Source: Nitrosopumilaceae archaeon
GTDB lineage: Archaea > Thermoproteota > Nitrososphaeria > Nitrososphaerales > Nitrosopumilaceae
Length of the DNA: 64,000 nucleotides
Direction of reading: 5' to 3'
NCBI GenBank assembly: GCA_965207375.1
Contig: CBDBMG010000003.1
Location: 640,001 to 704,000, forward strand
The stretch's first letter is position 1. Each line of letters opens with the position of its first letter. Below are positions 58,043 to 64,000 of this stretch, piece after piece. The notes beneath the pieces were generated by a model. That model did not search any database and was not told the DNA's origin. It saw nothing but the letters and a program-made list of their open reading frames with translations. The position numbers and the translations under genes are program-made.

Positions 58043-59533
58043 TATCAAGACTCACGATAGTGAGTCGCGAGGCCAAGAAGAAGCAGCCGTACGCGACGAA
58101 CAAGTGAGTTATTTACAGGTAGCACCGCTCAAAAATTCGCAGACGCTGTAACTAAGCCGCCATAAAAGCTACCGCTTAGTTATTATGGACCTAGTACGTT
58201 CTTACTATATAGAATCAATATACCAACAATGAAGTAAATAGCTGCCTCCATTCCTGAGTATCAACCATTGCGAGTTTTATGGCGCTCGTTTTGTGACAAC
58301 GCACGACGAGCCATCTGCCCCGCCCCTTTTCGCTTGTTAATTAGAGAATTAGTACCTTCATTTAATGTAGAATCAGTAACCCAAAGTTCATCGAAATCGG
58401 ACCAGCCAGTCTTCTGATACAGCCTTATAAAGTCCTCCTTCCAGTAAAAAAATTTTTACGCGGCCGTCGTTTTCTTTTTCTTTCTTTCTTTCTTTTATTT
58501 TCATCGCACACTTCGTGGGCTTGCGTGACCCCCGGCGTGAATCCCGGAATTTATATTTAAAACACTCATTTAGTACATACACTTGTTTGTCTAATAACTC
58601 ACTCATTTCTGCATGGATTTCAACCAAATTTGTATCAACACTTCTCCTATGTATGCTCTACCAGACAAACAACTTTCAGCATTAAGCAAATACCTCAATG
58701 TATTTGAGAGATACTTTTACACTGTATGTTGATAGTTTCCATAACTCGGACCCCCTCTAAATCATTTGAATGAAATTTCAGATACACAAGCTATATTGAT
58801 ATATGAATCTTCAGGATAAGTTTAAAGAAATTATGACACTTCAGTTTATCAAAATTAGCCTTTAACGATTTCATTCATGTTAATGTGCCATGATAATTAT
58901 ACCAAACAACAAGAGGTGAACAGTTGCCACACATTATAAATAGGAGACCACTGTCACTATCAGCATAAAACAATATTTCGCACTATAATATTAATTGTCT
59001 TCTCCTGTAGATCAATCAACAGTAGAGGATGGCAATGATGTAGCCTTCATTGAAGTTCTCAACTGTTCTCCACCTACATAGCTAACAATTATATTATAAT
59101 AACACATACTTTATGATGTTCATTAGTTATTTGGGGGAATACAAGGGAAATACCCAAAATATGAACTTCCTCCTCTCCCCTTTATATAAGCGACCAAAAA
59201 CTCTGATATCAAGTAAGGCCAAGAAATTGAACATTTTATTAAGAATCTTTTTACTTGAATGACATACAATAGTTTACAGGGCATTTTCACAACTATGATT
59301 GGCTTTGTCATTTGGCCACCTTTTTGCACTATCATCTTTTATAAGGTGGCCAAGTGACAAAGCCAATCATAGTTGTGAAAATGCCCTGTAAGCTATTGTA
59401 TGTCATTCAAGTAAAAAGATTCTTAATAAAATGTTCAATTTCTTGGCCTTACTTGATATCAGAGTTTTGGTCCTTATATTTGTGGCTTTGATTGGCCTCG
59501 CACTTTTTTTACAGCCTGGCTGTTTTTGTTTAG
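58043..59533 (-). mobile_element. Family C copy 3, inserted into a TA-MITE (from 57775) without evident TSD
   Basis: TATCAAGACTCAC-GATA-GTGAGTCGCGAGGCC end; palindrome 59184-59533 (inner arm shortened); flanks ctactaccat | ...gggcacctacaataaa are contiguous in the paralog at 52085-52135. Confidence 0.82.
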
Positions 59534-59661
59534 TTAACTATACGTACATACAAGCTGAAGCAGATGGGCACCTACAATAAACACCATAGTAGCTACGTAA
59601 TTGCGTTAAAGTCCATTATTGTTTTGCTATAACATTTGCACTAGTGATGTGCAATATATAT

Positions 59662-60520
59662 TGTCGCGAAGTAACATTGACTGATTGTAGTATTAGATAG
59701 TATTAGGTCACGTGATTGTAGTTTATAGTTTAGAGTGTGTTAATAAGAATAAGAACGTGCTAACTGTGTACGTAGGGTGTTAGTTGAATCCTATTATCAC
59801 GCGAAGGGGCATCGTGTTAGTCCTTCCTGGATTCATTCATCGAACCTGTCAACTGCATATTTGCTCGTCGCAAATAGCTATTCCGTACATTTTGGTGCTG
59901 TGACCAGGATCGCTTGACCTTGCGGCCATCGTAACCCGCTACTTAGAAGTTGTGGTACCGTGGCATATTGAACGGTACCCCGTAAGGCAAGCGAGCTATT
60001 GCAAAGAAATAATTCTTGTAGTTATTTTTTCACAGTAAACGCCGACACGATCGAGAGATGGAAGGACTAGCCCGTCTCCAAGCATCCCGAAGAGGATACC
60101 GAGCTCACGTTACCAAAACCTTTGGAAGAATCACGGAGATAACGGACTCTACCGAGCCCATCACCCCTGCGCAGAGGATCTCGCCGAGAACAGCATTGGA
60201 GCAACTGCAACAAAAGAAGGTCAAGTTGGAAGAGGTAGATACGAGGATCGCCGATTCTATACAGGATGCAACGGCATTAGAAGAGGAGATATGCGAAGCC
60301 GAAGAATACAGAACCGTGGTGATGGAAAAGATAGCCTTTCTTCAGGATTTCATCAGCCCACCACGACTACCAAGCCCTACTAGTGAAACTAGTGACACAG
60401 AAACTATATCTTCAAATCATTCAAACGCAGTTACGAACTCCAATGCACATCATGAAGAAACAATTACTTCACCTAGTGTACCACAGCCTCAAGAATTGGA
60501 GACAGAGGGCGTAACACCAC
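59662..60520 (+). mobile_element. BEL/Pao LTR retrotransposon 5' part (LTR, PBS, gag N-terminus)
   Basis: TGT...TACA LTR 59662-59889; PBS TGGTGCTGTGACCAGGA (tRNA-His-like) 59893-59909; ORF 60058-60531 with RRGYRAHVTK and coiled-coil typical of BEL/Pao gag. Confidence 0.75.
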
Positions 60521-61160
60521 ACATTAATTAAATTTACTTTTGAATACAACCACACCAAAATTTACGTTCCTAGATATCAACATTTTAAGGGTCCAGATTT
60601 TGAATTAACAAGGAAGCTAGACGTTGAGACACACATAAAACTCACTAACCATCAAGCATACATCCACGCTGACTCACACCATCCCCCAAGTTACTAGTAA
60701 AGGTGTGGCCATCGGAGAGATGAAACGATACCTACGTACAAATTCTAGGGCTGAGTCTTTCTACTCTTTCAAATTCAAACACAAAAGTAACCTTCTCAAA
60801 GAGGATACTCTTCTAATTTCATCAATATATATACTAATAGTATTCAATTCAAGAATAGATCTTTATCCCTTAAACGTAAGCTCAAAACAAACAAAACGAA
60901 GAGATTAGCTTTCATTACAAGATTCACACCTTCAGCAACCAAAGCCATGAAAATTATTAGAAAATTCTGGTCTTCACTTCGGAATATCAAAAGCTTTAAT
61001 CATATTACAATCCCATCTCCTATGCTTACATTTAGAAGCAACAACAATATAAAATCACAGCTTGTTAGAGCAAAAACTCACACCTTCTAGCCAAGAAACT
61101 ACACCCCTCCCATCAATTGAAATGCATATTCAATTTTCTCACCACCACCCCTGACCTTGG
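60520..61160 (+). mobile_element. Penelope-like element RT/thumb fragment, frameshifted
   Basis: IKFT..FTFLDINI, LDVETHIKLTNHQAYIHADSHHP, KGVAIGEMKRYLRTNS, NNNIKSQLVRAK. Confidence 0.78.
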
Positions 61161-61219
61161 AGGGTTCACAAGTTGAGCAACTATTACTATTTGTAATTAT
61201 AAAATTAAAATATCTCGTA

Positions 61220-62299
61220 ATACGTATAGCGCAAAAATCTGGCGGGGTAAAACTTTGGTGAATTAGTAATTACAAAGTATTGGGGAGGAAAACTTTTGGC
61301 GAATTTACAGTACCTTAATGTTTAAACTACAGCGGAAAAATTTGGCGAATCTATTACTGCGCTTAACTAGTCTCGTGATCCACTTTTGATTAATTTTTGC
61401 ATGCGTTATCGCTAGAATAAGCGCCTGTACTGAGAAGACGTTTTTTTCTGCAGAATTCCCCACTGTTGATTGCCAGTGATTAGCGTCAAGCCAACTATAA
61501 CAGGTGAGAAATATTTCAATACCTAATAATATTATTATGGAAGTGGTTATTGAACCGAAAGTCACGTGCGCAATTTTTTCGTAGCTTATATATTTCCAAA
61601 CCGGTTAGAGGTGAGCGTTAGTGCCCAGGCCGGTTTTGCCACGGTTAGTGGCCTGGGTCGGTGCCCAGACCGGCTTTGCCACGGTGTTAGCGGCCTGAGT
61701 CGGTGCCCAGGGTTAGGGTTAGGGATAGGGTTAGTTTTAGTGTTAGCAGTAGCTGTAGGCTGGAGAAAGCACAATTTCACACAGTTGAATAGAATTAAAA
61801 TACATAATTTCAACTATGATCAGTGTGGGGCACCGTAGCTGGAGTGGTAAAGCAATCCGACTGATAATCTGGAGCACCGAGTTCGAGTCCGAGATTGACC
61901 TTTTTCTTTTCAATATAAAACTTTTCTATAAATTTTCTAAGTCCCAAAATAATGCGCACGTGACTTTCGGTTCAATATCCACTGCCTATTATTATAAGGC
62001 ATAAACCATTATAACGCGCACTCATCTTTTATACCGGCGCATTTAATGACGTACTTCTCACCTTTTAGATGATTAACTTAGTTGTAAGTACTACCACTCA
62101 ATCACTGCAACTGGCGAATTGGGCCTCTTATCCACAAGCTGAAAGAATTTCCGACACGCGCTTGAGTCAATTTTTATCGACAACCAAATCAAAAAGATTT
62201 TTATTGAATGGATTTGGCTGGGTAAAATATTGGCGAATAGCGTTCAATTCGACAAATTCGCCAAAGTTTTCCCCCGCCAGAATTTTGCGCTATACGGTA
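61220..62299. mobile_element. TA-flanked MITE (TTTGGCG family) containing a nested element
   Basis: CGTATAGCGCAAAAATCTGGCGGGG ... CCCCGCCAGAATTTTGCGCTATACGGTA. Confidence 0.85.
61539..61986. mobile_element. MULE-like non-autonomous element with telomeric-type repeats and a tRNA-like segment
   Basis: ~34-bp TIR GGAAGTGGTTATTGAACCGAAAGTCACGTGCGCA; 9-bp TSD TATTATTAT; GGGTTA repeats ~61710-61735; tRNA-like A and B boxes 61828-61892. Confidence 0.72.
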
Positions 62300-62699
62300 A
62301 TCAATCTTTTAAATATAATTATATTATATAATATCATGATTACCTCCCATCTTAGCAGGAATCTAACTGTCCCCATGACGACGTATCGCTGCCCATCCAT
62401 CTTCTATGCACGCCACGCCATTACAAACCTCCAACTGTCCTTTATACATTGCGTGATCCCTTCCATTCCCAATTATTGCGCATACATATGCATACATCCA
62501 TAATCTCCTTAAGGCCAAACAATTACCAACCAATCCCATTAGCTGTAAACACTCATCAACTATTTTTTAAAACAACTAACGTTAGCAACCAGCTTTTACA
62601 GAATTGCAAACGCAGTTTCACTGCTAACTTCATTCACCTACCCAGCGCCCCCTCGACAACAAACATTACTCAAATTTAGGTAAATTTTACCGTATCACG

Positions 62700-64000
62700 T
62701 CACTCTTAACTTCCTAGTTTAACCGACAGAACGATTTAACCAGCTGATAACAATTAAGCCAAGCCCTCAGCCGACATCATTTGCAATAAAGATTGTAGCC
62801 ACGCTATTCGGTAAGTTCTAATTAAAATCCTTAATAGAATATTTATTAACACTTGTAGCTAAATAGTTTTAAGTATTTTCAGTTCCAACACTGCAACCCC
62901 ATTCGTGATAACCTCTCCTACAACAAAATGTAAGCCCTTATAAATACATACGCCTACAATATGCGTAGATAATCGTAGCCATTTCTTCAGGTACTGGATG
63001 CTGGTTATTCCTGGAACCAGAAGCTGAGGAATATAAACTATATGCATTCTCATTAGCTAGATATTTACATTAGGCATGTGCATGAAGATTTATAATATAG
63101 CTACGTATGTATATGATTATTTTTTTAATTATAGGATGATATCATTTTTGTATTTCTGTATAGGTTCAATGTATTCAGTTATACAGAAGATCTGGCAGTT
63201 TGCAACTGGTTGCTAAAATAAATGTTCTAGCTATGTGATATAGTGGCTAGTTTGTAGCATACAATACACACATTGCATTTATATACGTATGTATATAGCT
63301 AGCTAGTTATGTAATCTAATAGCTATAACAGAGATTTTGGCGTGCAATGTGACTGCCAACTTCAAGATTCTACAGGAACAATTTTCCGTTTTTCTGAAAT
63401 GTGGTATAGGAACTATATAGTTATTGATCAATGATCAGAAGTACGTAACTTATGATCTATTGATAGCTATGGAAGAGTCTCAAGTTACATTTATAGTTAC
63501 AGATGATAATAGAAAGGTTTGACTAATGATACATAGCTATATAGATACACAAAATAGAGTATTATACTGACATGTGCATGTTTAGCTACAGCTATACTTA
63601 GTTTAGTGGCTGTATAGCTATACATAGCACCTAGTATTTCTGTAGGTTTGATGTTCTAATATTCAGCTACAGAAGATCAGCTTGCAATTGGTCGCAATAA
63701 AATAGATATTCTAGCTATGCATGTGATAGCTATAATTAGTAGCATATAATGTACGCACTGCAGCTAGCTAGTTACATAACTACATACATAGCTAAGATTT
63801 AACGGGTGAACAGAATAGAGTTTTGGCATGCAAAGAAACTGCTAAAGACTTAGATATAACTTCAAGATTCTACAGGAACAGATGCATAGCTTTCTAATGA
63901 CTATAGTGTCATTAAAAGTAATTCAGTTTTACTACCAAAATTAAGACATTAGCTAGCTAGCTATTGTGAGTCAATAATTAAAATTAATCGTGTGTATATA
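62700..64000 (+). other. Possible spliced plus-strand transcript (UTR or lncRNA-like) with a diverged ~480-bp tandem duplication
   Basis: Donor GTAAGT 62811, exon 62883-62929, donor GTAAGC 62930, acceptor ttcttcAG 62990; 63150-63400 resembles 63635-63895. Confidence 0.3.

Noticed and set aside
61828-61892. Functional tRNA-Ile(GAT) gene
   Set aside because: No 3' acceptor stem, imperfect anticodon stem, lies inside a MITE
62869-63056. Two-exon minus-strand gene end
   Set aside because: Would need a 15-bp intron; plus-strand splice signals fit better

Overview
AT-rich, intron-containing animal DNA dominated by transposable elements. Short GT-AG introns, TAGCTA/TACGTA-rich background and the Ig and NB-ARC gene types suggest a sponge-like invertebrate (inference). 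Host-gene content is a minus-strand NB-ARC (APAF-1-type STAND NTPase) terminal exon with one frameshift, a pseudogenised Ig-like exon, two Fringe-like glycosyltransferase exons and a few degenerate exon clusters. Mobile content includes a 5'-truncated CR1/L2-type LINE, a two-LTR Ty3/gypsy element, a BEL/Pao 5' half fused to a Penelope-like RT fragment, a decayed hAT element, a 9-exon P-element-superfamily transposase pseudogene with an N-terminal Myb/SANT-like domain, and many MITEs. The most unusual signal is two unrelated non-coding families with Helentron/DINE-like end structure. One of their ends is a 330-430 bp near-perfect palindrome whose ~20-nt spacer occurs in both orientations (flip/flop) and whose arms are homogenised within each copy; the other end is a shared AC-TACC-GT hairpin followed by GATA. 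Paralog comparisons also show recurrent TA to TACGTA/TAGCTA micro-insertions. All calls were made by eye without database searches.
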